This document shows, piece after piece, positions 1-11,988 of a DNA stretch of 21,347 bases. The DNA comes from Bdellovibrionia bacterium. GTDB lineage: Bacteria; Bdellovibrionota; UBA1018. How positions within the stretch are numbered: position 1 is the stretch's first letter; every line of letters begins with the position of its first letter. Under the pieces are notes generated by a model. That model had not been told where the DNA came from and did not search any database. It saw only the letters and a program-made list of their open reading frames with translations. The position numbers were made by a program, and so were the translations under genes. Location: contig JBJMMA010000178.1 in NCBI GenBank assembly GCA_045805065.1, positions 1 through 21,347 on the forward strand. The letters are read 5' to 3'.

Positions 1-2
1 CT

Positions 3-2567
3 TATTTTTTTCAAAAGCTGGTCTGGCCGCTCATTCCCGCGTCACCCTTTCTGCTTTTCTACCCGGCGATCTTTCTTTCCGCCTGGGTGGGAGGATCGGC
101 ATGTGGAGTATTTTCGACCGTCGGCGCAGCTGTGCTGGTTGATTACGCTTTCTTACCGCCCTACGGGGCTTTTAATTTTCGGCAGAATGGGCTCAGCGAG
201 CTTATTTTTATAGCGATAGGCTGTACCATTACTGCCTTGATCAACCGGCACAAAAAGACTCACGCGATCGCGGTCTATGCTGGAAGCCGTCTTCGCAACC
301 TCGTGGATTGGCTGGATCATGCGATTGTATGGGAAATGGATGGCGAGACCTTTGAGTGCAGCTTCATCAGCAAGGGAACTGAAAGGCTGCTCCACGTACC
401 GATGAGCGAGTGGTATCAGCATCCAGGCAGGTTTTTCGAACTAGTTCATCCTGAGGATCGCGCTCGAGTTGTGGAAACACTGAATCGAACGATTCAGGGA
501 TCAAATGATCAGTCGGTGGATCACCGTTTCATCACCGCCGATAGAAAAACCCGCTGGTACCACACGGGGATTCACGCCGACAGGGAGGAAGGCAGAATAA
601 AGCTTCGAGCGATCTCCGTCGAAATCGAAAGGCTTAAACAAACGGAAGAACGTGAGCGAGAGCTGAAAGTGCAAAGTCTAGCTGCAGAGCAAGTTCTGAG
701 ATTGAACCAGGAAAGACTTCAACTTGCCTTAGATGCTGCCAAGTACGGCACTTTTGAATGGGATATCGCTTCAGACCGCCATATCTGGGATGCGAGGACA
801 GAAGAGCTCTTTGGTTTTGTTCCGGGAACTTTCCCTCAAACTCGAGAAGCATTTGAAAGCCGAGTCCATCCTGATGACGTCGAGCGCGTTCTTTCGACTG
901 TAAAAGAGGCATTTAAGGAGCGCAGGGAACTGTTGAACGAGTATCGCGTCGTCTTGCCGAGCGGAGAGATCAGGTGGGTTTCGGCAAACGGTAGAGCCTA
1001 TTACGATGCCAGTGGAAATCCTGTCCGCATTCTCGGAGTAATTCAAGATGTCACGAATCGTAAAGCGATTGAAGCAGAGCTTGCCGAAACCGCGGAGCGG
1101 GTTGATCTAGCATTGAATGCGGGCAAGATCGGCATTTTTGAGATGGATTTGCGGCATCCTGAAGTTCCGGTCAAGTGGTCTACCCGGCAATACGAAATCT
1201 TTGGAATGAATCCGGCTCACGAAGCCTTGAACTACGAGATGTTCAGGAGTCGCATTCATCCGGACGATCTCGCTGCGGTGGATCGCGAATTTGAAACATC
1301 CGTTCGAGAGAAACGGGATTTCAAACAAACTTATCGTATTCGACTCGATGATGGAAAGTTTCGATGGGTACAAGCCAGCGCACGCGCCTTTTATGATGGA
1401 AAGGGCCAGCTGTCGCGCATGATTGGAACCAACATTGACGTAACCGAGGCCATTCAAGCGCAAGAGGCCGTCCGGGAGAGCGCAGTCCGCTTTAGAGAAC
1501 TCGCAGAATCGATGCCTCAGATTGTCTGGGCAGCCGAACCCAGTGGAAAAGCGTATTATTACAACTCTCAGTGGTTTGAATATTTAGGGGTCCCTCGCAC
1601 TGAAGCGGCGTCTTTTAACGGTTGGAAGTTTGTTCATCCAGAAGACAAAGAAAAGGTCGACCAACACTGGGAGGAGGCCGCTCGAACCAAAAAAATGTTT
1701 CAAGTCGAGATGAGGATGATGCGCCGAGACGGAAGCTACCATTGGTTTTTGTCGCGAGCACTTCCTATCTTTAATTCCGAGGGCGACCTGGTCCGTTGGT
1801 ACGGCACACTGACCAACATCGATGAGCACAAGAGAGTTGAGGAAGTGATCTCACGCGCGCTAAAAGCACGCGAAGAAATGCTAGCCATTGTTTCTCACGA
1901 TCTTCGCAACCCGCTAGGTTCGATCTTGATGAGTGCGGCGATGATCAAACGGAAGTCACCCTGTGATGACGCTTATACAATGGCGCAGGCAAGTAAGATT
2001 CAGCGCGCGGGTGAGCGCATGAATCAAATGATTGAAGACCTGCTCAATCTTGCCAAAATGGAGTCAGGAAACTTCACGATCACCAAGCAGGAAGAGTGCG
2101 GGTGCGATGTCGTGACTGAGGCAGTCGAAATGATGTCTCCGCAGGCTCAAGAAAAGAATATCAAAATCGAAACGCGTGGTACGGATCAGCCGCTTCATAT
2201 GAGTTGTGACCACAATCAGGTTCTTCGGGTCTTTTCCAATCTGATTGGAAATGCCATCAAGTTTACTCCTGAGCACGGGCTAATACGGGTGACCGCCGAG
2301 GATAAAGGTGATGAAGTCCTGTTCGCTGTCTCTGATACTGGACCAGGCATCGCCGAGCACCATGTCTCCCATGTCTTTGACCGTTTCTGGCAGGCATCAA
2401 AGACTCAACACATGGGTACAGGACTGGGACTGGCAATTTCCAAAGGGATCGTAGAAGCTCATGGCGGAAGAATCTGGGTCAGCAGTCGTTTTGGTCATGG
2501 CGCCACCTTTTTGTTCACGTTGCCTAAGACGCATGCGAATATGAACCTGCAGAATCAGAGCGCTTAA
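3..2567 (+). CDS. Multi-PAS sensor histidine kinase (DUF4118-like membrane region, ~4 PAS/PAC, HisKA, HATPase); 5'-truncated by the window edge
   Basis: Frame is open from position 3 (YFFQKLVWPLIPASPFLLFYPAIFLSAWVGG), so the start at 87 is probably not the true start. Repeated PAS motifs (VHPEDR, VHPDDV, IHPDDL, VHPEDK). H-box VSHDLRNPL, N-box NLIGNAIKF, G1 DTGPGI, G2 GTGLGL. Confidence 0.95.
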   Translation, partial: YFFQKLVWPLIPASPFLLFYPAIFLSAWVGGSACGVFSTVGAAVLVDYAFLPPYGAFNFRQNGLSELIFIAIGCTITALINRHKKTHAIAVYAGSRLRNLVDWLDHAIVWEMDGETFECSFISKGTERLLHVPMSEWYQHPGRFFELVHPEDRARVVETLNRTIQGSNDQSVDHRFITADRKTRWYHTGIHADREEGRIKLRAISVEIERLKQTEERERELKVQSLAAEQVLRLNQERLQLALDAAKYGTFEWDIASDRHIWDARTEELFGFVPGTFPQTREAFESRVHPDDVERVLSTVKEAFKERRELLNEYRVVLPSGEIRWVSANGRAYYDASGNPVRILGVIQDVTNRKAIEAELAETAERVDLALNAGKIGIFEMDLRHPEVPVKWSTRQYEIFGMNPAHEALNYEMFRSRIHPDDLAAVDREFETSVREKRDFKQTYRIRLDDGKFRWVQASARAFYDGKGQLSRMIGTNIDVTEAIQAQEAVRESAVRFRELAESMPQIVWAAEPSGKAYYYNSQWFEYLGVPRTEAASFNGWKFVHPEDKEKVDQHWEEAARTKKMFQVEMRMMRRDGSYHWFLSRALPIFNSEGDLVRWYGTLTNIDEHKRVEEVISRALKAREEMLAIVSHDLRNPLGSILMSAAMIKRKSPCDDAYTMAQASKIQRAGERMNQMIEDLLNLAKMESGNFTITKQEECGCDVVTEAVEMMSPQAQEKNIKIETRGTDQPLHMSCDHNQVLRVFSNLIGNAIKFTPEHGLIRVTAEDKGDEVLFAVSDTGPGIAEHHVSHVFDRFWQASKTQHMGTGLGLAISKGIVEAHGGRIWVSSRFGHGATFLFTLPKTHANMNLQNQSA

Positions 2568-2590
2568 GTGAAGCTTCTATGCTTCACTTT
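2566..2590 (+). terminator. Hairpin or possible intrinsic terminator after the kinase
   Basis: AAGTGAAGC-ttctat-GCTTCACTT, a 9-bp stem at the stop codon, with a weak U tail. Confidence 0.5.
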
Positions 2591-2631
2591 ATCTATTCAC
2601 CAAATCAGCTGATGAGCGGGGAAGAATATCT

Positions 2632-3189
2632 GTGAGAAAACTCGTAATGGCTATCAACCTTTCTCTCGACGGCTATGCCGACCATACGGTTGCAGATGCC
2701 GATGACGAACTCCATGAATTCTTCAGTGACCTGCTGGATGAGACCGGTATCCAGTTATTTGGTCGTGTCACTTATCAGATGATGGAAAGTTATTGGCCTC
2801 ATGTCCCCGCAGACTCATCCGCATCGAAGAGCGATCTGGAGTTTGCAGCCAAGTTCAATGCCGTACCCAAGATTGTATTTTCCAGCACTCTCGAGAAGGC
2901 CGAATGGAACAATACAAAACTGGTGAGCAGCGATGCGCTGGAATATGTGGCCAGGTTAAAAGAAACAGATGGAAAGAATCTTTTTATCGGCGGAATCAAA
3001 CTGTCGGGATCGTTGATGGCCCATGGTCTGATCGACGAGTACTGGTTGCTGGTTCATCCGGTGGTAGCTGGCAAGGGGCGACGCTTGTTCGAGAATGTGA
3101 ATGATAAGTTGAAGCTCAGGCTTGTGGCATCCAGGGTATTTAAGTCAGGCGTAGTTGCGCTTCACTACGTGTCTGAGCGAAGTAAATAA
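2632..3189 (+). CDS. Dihydrofolate reductase-like (RibD C-terminal domain) protein
   Basis: MRKLVMAINLSLDGY, LFGRVTYQMM, PKIVFSSTL, GG, LIDEYWLLVHPVVAGKGRRLF are typical RibD_C motifs. GTG start. Confidence 0.92.
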   Translation: MRKLVMAINLSLDGYADHTVADADDELHEFFSDLLDETGIQLFGRVTYQMMESYWPHVPADSSASKSDLEFAAKFNAVPKIVFSSTLEKAEWNNTKLVSSDALEYVARLKETDGKNLFIGGIKLSGSLMAHGLIDEYWLLVHPVVAGKGRRLFENVNDKLKLRLVASRVFKSGVVALHYVSERSK

Positions 3190-3190
3190 A

Positions 3191-3280
3191 TGGCGGAGAA
3201 GGGGGGATTCGAACCCCCGTATGGTGTTACCCATAACACGCTTTCCAAGCGTGCGGTTTCAACCACTCACCCACCTCTCC
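3191..3280 (-). tRNA. tRNA-Ser(GGA), CCA encoded
   Basis: Reverse complement reads GGAGAGG...GAGTGGTTGAA...CACGC-TT-GGA-AA-GCGTG, a long variable arm (TATGG...CCATA), GGGGGTTCGAATCCCCC, CTTCTCC-G-CCA. 90 nt. Confidence 0.97.
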
Positions 3281-3652
3281 GCAGAAAGTGTCCCGGTTCT
3301 CTAGAATGACTAAAGTGTCCGGCCGGTTGAAAGCAATAATAGCTTTGCTTATAGCCGTTTAGCATGTGATCGCAGCCGCGTCTACTTCATCTGCAGCTTG
3401 CTATAAAAAGACTTTGACTCGAATTCGTAGAAAAATAGCGCAATGCAGAGGTAATGACATGACGAGCGGAATTGAGTTGAGTCACCTGACCGCCAGATCT
3501 ATGAAGCAATTCAAGTAGTTAAATTATTTAGAATAGGGCGGAATTTTAAAAAATTCTAACCCCCAAAGGGTATTTCTGATTGCATCTCTTGGAGATTTTG
3601 ACGAATACTGGCCGGCATCGGAGCGGTTCTTGTAACCGTTTGAAAATACTTC

Positions 3653-4012
3653 ATGACGTGCAACAAAATTCTTCTCGTAGAAGACGACACAGACATTCGG
3701 ACGACCTTAAAGGAAGTGCTAGAGCTTGAGGGTTACGATGTCGTCCCAGCCGGTAATGGCAAAGAAGCCTTTGATGCGCTTCAGACCATGGAAGAGCATC
3801 CTTGCCTGATCCTTCTCGATCTGATGATGCCCATCATGAACGGATGGGAATTTCTCGAAGCACAACAGGCCACGGCAATGATTGCATCGATTCCCGTCGT
3901 AGTTGTGAGCGCCGCAGGAGATAAGGCACGCTCAGCCAAGGCTCATGGCTTTATTAAAAAGCCCATCGAGGTCGAAGGGCTTCTCAAGATGATCAAGCAG
4001 TACTGCGCTTAA
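3653..4012 (+). CDS. Single-domain response regulator (CheY-like receiver)
   Basis: ILLVEDD, LILLDLMMPIMNG (phospho-Asp), VVVVSA, FIKKP. Confidence 0.95.
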   Translation: MTCNKILLVEDDTDIRTTLKEVLELEGYDVVPAGNGKEAFDALQTMEEHPCLILLDLMMPIMNGWEFLEAQQATAMIASIPVVVVSAAGDKARSAKAHGFIKKPIEVEGLLKMIKQYCA

Positions 4013-5075
4013 GCGCGGTGCAGACTTTGGATGTAAAGCCTGTCCCGCTTTCGATTTCAGTGAAGCCTTGTTTCTTCAAAAGATCTTCCATCGGGCTTGA
4101 AATGTACTCGCGATAAAAAGGCTCATGAAAAGCCTTTGGAAAGTGCTGCAAAAGCGGGTCAAAAAGCTTTTTATCTCCCGTTTGGAGTGAGTCCACCAGG
4201 CCCAGAAATCCGTCCTTTTTCAGAACGCGAAGGCTTTCAGAGATGACTTCCTCTCGTGCAGCCTTTGGAAGCTCATGGAACAAGAACACGGAATAAACAG
4301 CATCAAACTCTTCGTCTTTGAAGGGAAGATGCGCACCGTCGCCCTGCATGAAGTCGATTCTCGGAAAACCTGAGAGATTTCTTTGCGCCACTTTCAAATA
4401 AGGATCGCTCAGATCAACAGCGATGATCTTGGCTTTAGGGAAAGTGAGATGCACAAAGCGAGTTGCGCGTCCCGTTCCTGCGCCGATCTCCAGGAACCGC
4501 AAACCTTCACCATCCGAATCCCCGAAGCGCTTTTTAAGACGCGATAAAATCAGTCTTCGCATCGCATCGGCGCATCCCTGAAAGAGAAGTTCAACTTGAT
4601 GCTCATAAACTTCGGCCGAGCGCTTGGAAAGATAGCCACTCGTTTGAAAATGAAAATTGCGTCGATAGTAACGTGGCAATTCGGAAAGAAAGTCTCTTGC
4701 CTGCGCGTCAAACTCCGTGGTTTTTCCTCGCGCTCTGCGACGATGAATGGAGAATGCATCAGCCAGCAACACCGGGATTCGCGTGAAATGACGCAAAGGA
4801 GACTCAGGGGTAACCACCAGAATCGGATATTCGCCTTGTGCCATGTGACGACTGTCTTCACGCAATAAATCGAGCAGCTCTGCGCGAATGGCCTGAATCG
4901 TTTTAATGTCCAATTTTGGGGGTTTCGGCATTCCCTTTGCCGAACCGCCTGTCAGGAAGCTCGGTATCAAATAAGAGAATGACTGAAGTAAAAGATACTC
5001 AAGAGTGAAGCCCGCGCTTCTGGCCCGGGAGTATGCATAAACGGGTAAATCCAGAACGTTGGTCGACGATTTCAT
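3993..5075 (-). CDS. Class I SAM-dependent methyltransferase
   Basis: Motif I FLEIGAGTG, AVDLS, GDGAHLPF, FDAVYSVFLFHELP, RVLKKDG, plus an N-terminal YYRRNFHFQTSGYLS family signature. Confidence 0.92.
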   Translation of the reverse strand: MKSSTNVLDLPVYAYSRARSAGFTLEYLLLQSFSYLIPSFLTGGSAKGMPKPPKLDIKTIQAIRAELLDLLREDSRHMAQGEYPILVVTPESPLRHFTRIPVLLADAFSIHRRRARGKTTEFDAQARDFLSELPRYYRRNFHFQTSGYLSKRSAEVYEHQVELLFQGCADAMRRLILSRLKKRFGDSDGEGLRFLEIGAGTGRATRFVHLTFPKAKIIAVDLSDPYLKVAQRNLSGFPRIDFMQGDGAHLPFKDEEFDAVYSVFLFHELPKAAREEVISESLRVLKKDGFLGLVDSLQTGDKKLFDPLLQHFPKAFHEPFYREYISSPMEDLLKKQGFTEIESGTGFTSKVCTALKRSTA

Positions 5076-5102
5076 GTCTTCCTTTTACCTAACCTTGAGA
5101 AA

Positions 5103-5738
5103 ATGAAAAAGGAGAGAACCATCTTAACCTCAAAGAACAGCGCGCTAACGCATTTCAAAAAAGCGATCGGCTTCATTTTACTCAACTTTGCGGCTCCGAT
5201 TGCCTTCTTTGTGGTTTTTCAGTGGATGGGGGCAAAGCCCGCCATTGGTCTGGCCGTGCTGGTCACGATCATCCAGGGTGTGATCCATTGGGTCCTGTCG
5301 GTTCCTATCTCGCCGTTTTATATCGTAGCATCCGGTTTTACCGTTTGCTTTGGAACGATCGACCTATTGATTGAGAGCCCCAAGTTTTTCAGGCTGGAAC
5401 CTTTTGCTCAAAACTTTCTGATCGGCTCGATTTTTTTAATCAGCTTGAAAACTCGGATCTCGGTCCTGGGCTGGCTAGTGAACGGCCTGCCTCTGGCCTT
5501 TCGTCCCAAAATCGGGCCTGAGATGATGGGCTATCTCAGAAAGCTGACGATGGTCTGGGGGCTTTATTTATTGGCGAAAGCGGCAGTGTTTCTTTATCTC
5601 GCGTACCACGTCAATCTGGGCCATCTGATCCTGTTGCGCTCACTCATTGGCGGCGGATCGTTGGCTATCATGATCGGAGGCGAGATTATTTACCGGAAGT
5701 ATTTCCTGAAGCACCCGCAGGACGCCCCTCAACATTAA
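5103..5738 (+). CDS. Inner-membrane protein, YciB/IspZ-like
   Basis: About 6 hydrophobic segments. PIAFF, FGTIDL...FFRLEP and LRKLTMVWGLY resemble the YciB/IspZ family. Start uncertain. Confidence 0.6.
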   Translation: MKKERTILTSKNSALTHFKKAIGFILLNFAAPIAFFVVFQWMGAKPAIGLAVLVTIIQGVIHWVLSVPISPFYIVASGFTVCFGTIDLLIESPKFFRLEPFAQNFLIGSIFLISLKTRISVLGWLVNGLPLAFRPKIGPEMMGYLRKLTMVWGLYLLAKAAVFLYLAYHVNLGHLILLRSLIGGGSLAIMIGGEIIYRKYFLKHPQDAPQH

Positions 5739-6126
5739 GGGCAAAGTGGGTGAGTCCTGACGTGCGAAGCGTATCCATCAGACGAATCACAGTGCCGTGA
5801 GGAGTACCTTCGTCCGCACTGATGAGTGCTGTTTCGTCGGGATTCTGCTGGCCCATGGCTTTCAGCTGATCTTCGAGCGTTTTCCAGTCCACAGGCTGAT
5901 CGTTCCAGCTGACGTTGCCTTCTTTGGAAATGGAGAAGTTGAGCGGCGACTTTTGGGTCGTTTCACCGGTCTTTGCCTTGGGAAGCTGAACTTTGATGGC
6001 AGATTGATAGATGACAGGAGCCGTGATCATGAAAATGATCAGAAGCACGAGCACAACGTCCACCAAAGGCGTGACGTTAATGCCCGAAATCAGATCGTCG
6101 TCTCCAGATTCTAAAGGTGCTGCCAT
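5686..6126 (-). CDS. exbD: ExbD/TolR family biopolymer transport protein
   Basis: INVTPLVDVVLVLLIIFMIT transmembrane helix with the conserved Asp, VQLPKA, ISADEGTPHGTVIRLMD. Confidence 0.93.
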   Translation of the reverse strand: MAAPLESGDDDLISGINVTPLVDVVLVLLIIFMITAPVIYQSAIKVQLPKAKTGETTQKSPLNFSISKEGNVSWNDQPVDWKTLEDQLKAMGQQNPDETALISADEGTPHGTVIRLMDTLRTSGLTHFALNVEGRPAGASGNTSGK

Positions 6127-6129
6127 TGA

Positions 6130-6798
6130 TTACTCCGCCAGGTTGCCGATCAGATAACTCTTGAGCGCTTCTGCTTCGTTCATGGAGGCTTTCACGCGGC
6201 GTTGGAACATGTTGAAGGCAACGACGGCGGGAATAGCGACCAGAATGCCCACTGCGGTTGCAACGAGGGCTTCAGAGATGCCGCTCGAGACTGCTTGAAC
6301 GCCTACGCCCGCTTCCTGTTTCAGGTCATGAAAGGCCTTGATGATGCCCAAAACGGTTCCAAAAAGACCCAAAAATGGGGAATTGCTTCCGATTGTGGCC
6401 AGGACCGCCAGGTTTTTATCCCAGCCAGAGCGGGAACGGTAAACGGCATCGCGCGCAAGCTCGCTCAAAACTTCGGGGGAGCTCTTCTTTCCATTCTGGC
6501 CTGACTGAGCGCGAGAGTATTTAATGAGGGAATAGGTCATTTCCGTTTCAAGATCGGCCCGATCTTTGGACATGGATTTGAGACGCTCTTCGGCAGCCTT
6601 TTCTGCACCTTCCCAGTTGCCGCTGGCAACCGCGCCACGAATTTTATTCCGAAACTCAGACAGTCCCGCTTGAGCGGCTCGATAAAACAAGACGCGGTCA
6701 AAAATGAGGGCGATGGAGAGGACCGAAAGGATGACCAAAAGGATCAGGACCCATTCGGCACCCAGGAGCGACATTCCTAAGAATAGGTGGGAGAGCAT
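6130..6798 (-). CDS. exbB: MotA/TolQ/ExbB proton channel family protein
   Basis: LATIGSNSPFLGLFGTVLGIIKAF and GISEALVATAVGILVAIPAV. ATG at 6798 (MLSHLF...) is preferred over 6834 but not certain. Confidence 0.92.
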   Translation of the reverse strand: MLSHLFLGMSLLGAEWVLILLVILSVLSIALIFDRVLFYRAAQAGLSEFRNKIRGAVASGNWEGAEKAAEERLKSMSKDRADLETEMTYSLIKYSRAQSGQNGKKSSPEVLSELARDAVYRSRSGWDKNLAVLATIGSNSPFLGLFGTVLGIIKAFHDLKQEAGVGVQAVSSGISEALVATAVGILVAIPAVVAFNMFQRRVKASMNEAEALKSYLIGNLAE

Positions 6799-6986
6799 GT
6801 TATCAGCGTACACATATTTCCAAGGCCTGATCAACCCCTACCAGAGCAATTGCGACACCAGAGACCGCACGCTCGTATTTACAAAACCCGGCTGATCTGA
6901 CAGAACTGTAAGACCGACATTTTGATCAAAGACCCCGGACCGGCAAAGCCGGACATGGGTATGTAAAGATAATAACGGAGTGCGTT

Positions 6987-8138
6987 ATGGGTTTTAATAT
7001 CGTTACCAAAAACAACATCCGCGATCGCTTTAAGCCAGCACCGCGTCCCGAGCTTTGGAAGGACGCTGAGGCCAAGGATTGGAATAACTGGATCTGGCAG
7101 CAGCAAAAGCGCATCAAGTCTATGGACGTGCTCGAGAAGGTGATTCAGGTCGACCAAGAAGAGCGCGATGCCTTTGCTCAGTCTCATGAGCAATTCAACA
7201 TGGGCATTACTCCTTATTACGCATCCTTGATGGATCCAAACGATCCGAACTGCCCGATTCGTCTTCAGTCGGTTCCAAAGTTGGGCGAGCTCAATGTTCT
7301 CGATGTCGACATGGAAGACCCGCTGGCTGAAGAAAAGTACATGCCGGTACCAGGTGTCACGCATCGTTATCCTGACCGCGTTCTTTTCTACACGACTCAT
7401 AACTGCCCAGTTTACTGCCGTCACTGCACGCGCAAGCGTAAGGTGTCCGACCCATCTTCATCCGCTGCAAACAAACAGCTTGAAGACGGCCTGGCTTACA
7501 TCGAAAAGACCAAGACCATTCGCGACGTCGTGATTTCGGGCGGTGACGCTTTGTCAAACTCCGATGATCGCCTCGAGTACATCCTGTCTCGCTTGCGCGC
7601 GATGGATCACATCGAAGTTTTCCGTATCGCAACCCGTAACCTTGTGACGCTTCCACATCGCGTGACTGACAATTTCGCGCAGATGCTCAAGAAGTATCAT
7701 CCGGTTTTCGTGCATACGCACTTCAACCATCCCAAGGAGTGCACGCAGGAAGCTTTTGATGCCTGCGCAAAGCTTGCGGATGCTGGCTGCGTTCTTCACA
7801 ACCAGATGGTGTTGCTCAAGGGCGTGAACGATAAGCCTGAGATCGTCAAGGAGCTCAACCACAAGCTTCTGATGATGCGTGTTCGTCCTTACTACATTTT
7901 CCAATGTGACATGTCCCAAGGCATCAGCCACTTCCGTACTCCAATCGAGACGGGTCTCAACATCATTGAGCACCTCCGCGGTTGGACCAGCGGCATGGCG
8001 GTTCCACAGTTTGTTGTCGACGCTCCAGGCGGCGGCGGAAAGATTCCGCTTCTCCCGGATTATCTCGTCAAGCGCGAAGGCAAGAAGTGGACGTTCAGAA
8101 ACTTCCAGAAGAAGATTTTCGAATACAACGAGCCTTGA
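6987..8138 (+). CDS. kamA: KamA-family radical SAM enzyme, lysine 2,3-aminomutase-like
   Basis: CPVYCRHC radical SAM motif, HRYPDR, SGGD, HFNHPKE, YIFQCD, VVDAPGGGGK (PLP lysine). SD GGAG upstream. Confidence 0.92.
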   Translation: MGFNIVTKNNIRDRFKPAPRPELWKDAEAKDWNNWIWQQQKRIKSMDVLEKVIQVDQEERDAFAQSHEQFNMGITPYYASLMDPNDPNCPIRLQSVPKLGELNVLDVDMEDPLAEEKYMPVPGVTHRYPDRVLFYTTHNCPVYCRHCTRKRKVSDPSSSAANKQLEDGLAYIEKTKTIRDVVISGGDALSNSDDRLEYILSRLRAMDHIEVFRIATRNLVTLPHRVTDNFAQMLKKYHPVFVHTHFNHPKECTQEAFDACAKLADAGCVLHNQMVLLKGVNDKPEIVKELNHKLLMMRVRPYYIFQCDMSQGISHFRTPIETGLNIIEHLRGWTSGMAVPQFVVDAPGGGGKIPLLPDYLVKREGKKWTFRNFQKKIFEYNEP

Positions 8139-8605
8139 TCGCATTGCGAATTTTTCGAAAAGCGCTTTGGCGAAATTTTATCTGCGCACCTTTGCTCCTG
8201 GGCATCATCAGCCTGGGAGCAGGGTGCGCAACTCATTTGCCTGATCCCAAGATGACCAAGTTCGCTTTTCCGAAAGGAAAGGCGTTTGTAGGAGACGTGA
8301 AGCGTCCTTACAAAAAGCTGGGTCAGGTCCGAGCCAAGGTGAATTTCAACACGCTTGATTGGATTCACGAGGAAGACCAGCTCTGCCGCAACTATTACAA
8401 TAAAGGTGTGCGAGATCTCGTGGAGCGCGCTCGCGACCAGGGCGCTGACGCCGTCATCGATATTCGAAGCGTAGTCTTCTCGGACTTGGGGGGAGCAGAA
8501 ACCTTTCAGACCGCTGAGTGCTCAGATGATGGCCAGGAAGGGCAAATCCTGCTCGAGGGCATTGCCGTAAAGTGGACGGGGACTGGAAAAGTCTCGTCGC
8601 CCTGA
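8135..8605 (+). CDS. Probable lipoprotein, YbjQ/heavy-metal-binding-like fold
   Basis: In-frame TTG at 8135 overlaps the kamA stop (TTGA). Basic n-region, hydrophobic stretch, SLGAG|C lipobox-like site. YKKLGQV...LVERARDQGADAVIDIR...LEGIAVK resembles the YbjQ-like superfamily. Confidence 0.7.
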   Translation: MIALRIFRKALWRNFICAPLLLGIISLGAGCATHLPDPKMTKFAFPKGKAFVGDVKRPYKKLGQVRAKVNFNTLDWIHEEDQLCRNYYNKGVRDLVERARDQGADAVIDIRSVVFSDLGGAETFQTAECSDDGQEGQILLEGIAVKWTGTGKVSSP

Positions 8606-8880
8606 CTTGCGCTCCTGGTAGGATCGGAATCTCTACACAAAAGTAGTGTATCACCAAAACAGTTCAGATTTTTTCCTCATCTGCTTTCGTTGTTTTTTTT
8701 GAATTTTTGTTAAGTGCTTCAAATACACGAACTTGCGAATTCGTCGAAGACCATAAAAAACTTACTTCCCTAAGAACATTGTCCGATAATAGTAGTCAGA
8801 TAAGCGATCGCAAGTTGAACGTATGCGCACCCAGATTTTCCTCATTCAACTGATCGTATTTAATCTGGGGGAAAAACGAT

Positions 8881-11973
<3,093 letters not shown>

Positions 11974-11988
<15 letters not shown>

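Noticed and set aside
3608..3635. Sigma54 promoter upstream of the receiver gene
   Set aside because: The best match is GG-N10-GT, lacking the invariant GC at -12.
7982..8134. N-terminal extension of the lipoprotein ORF in the track
   Set aside because: It lies inside kamA. The TTG at 8135 puts the signal peptide at the N-terminus.
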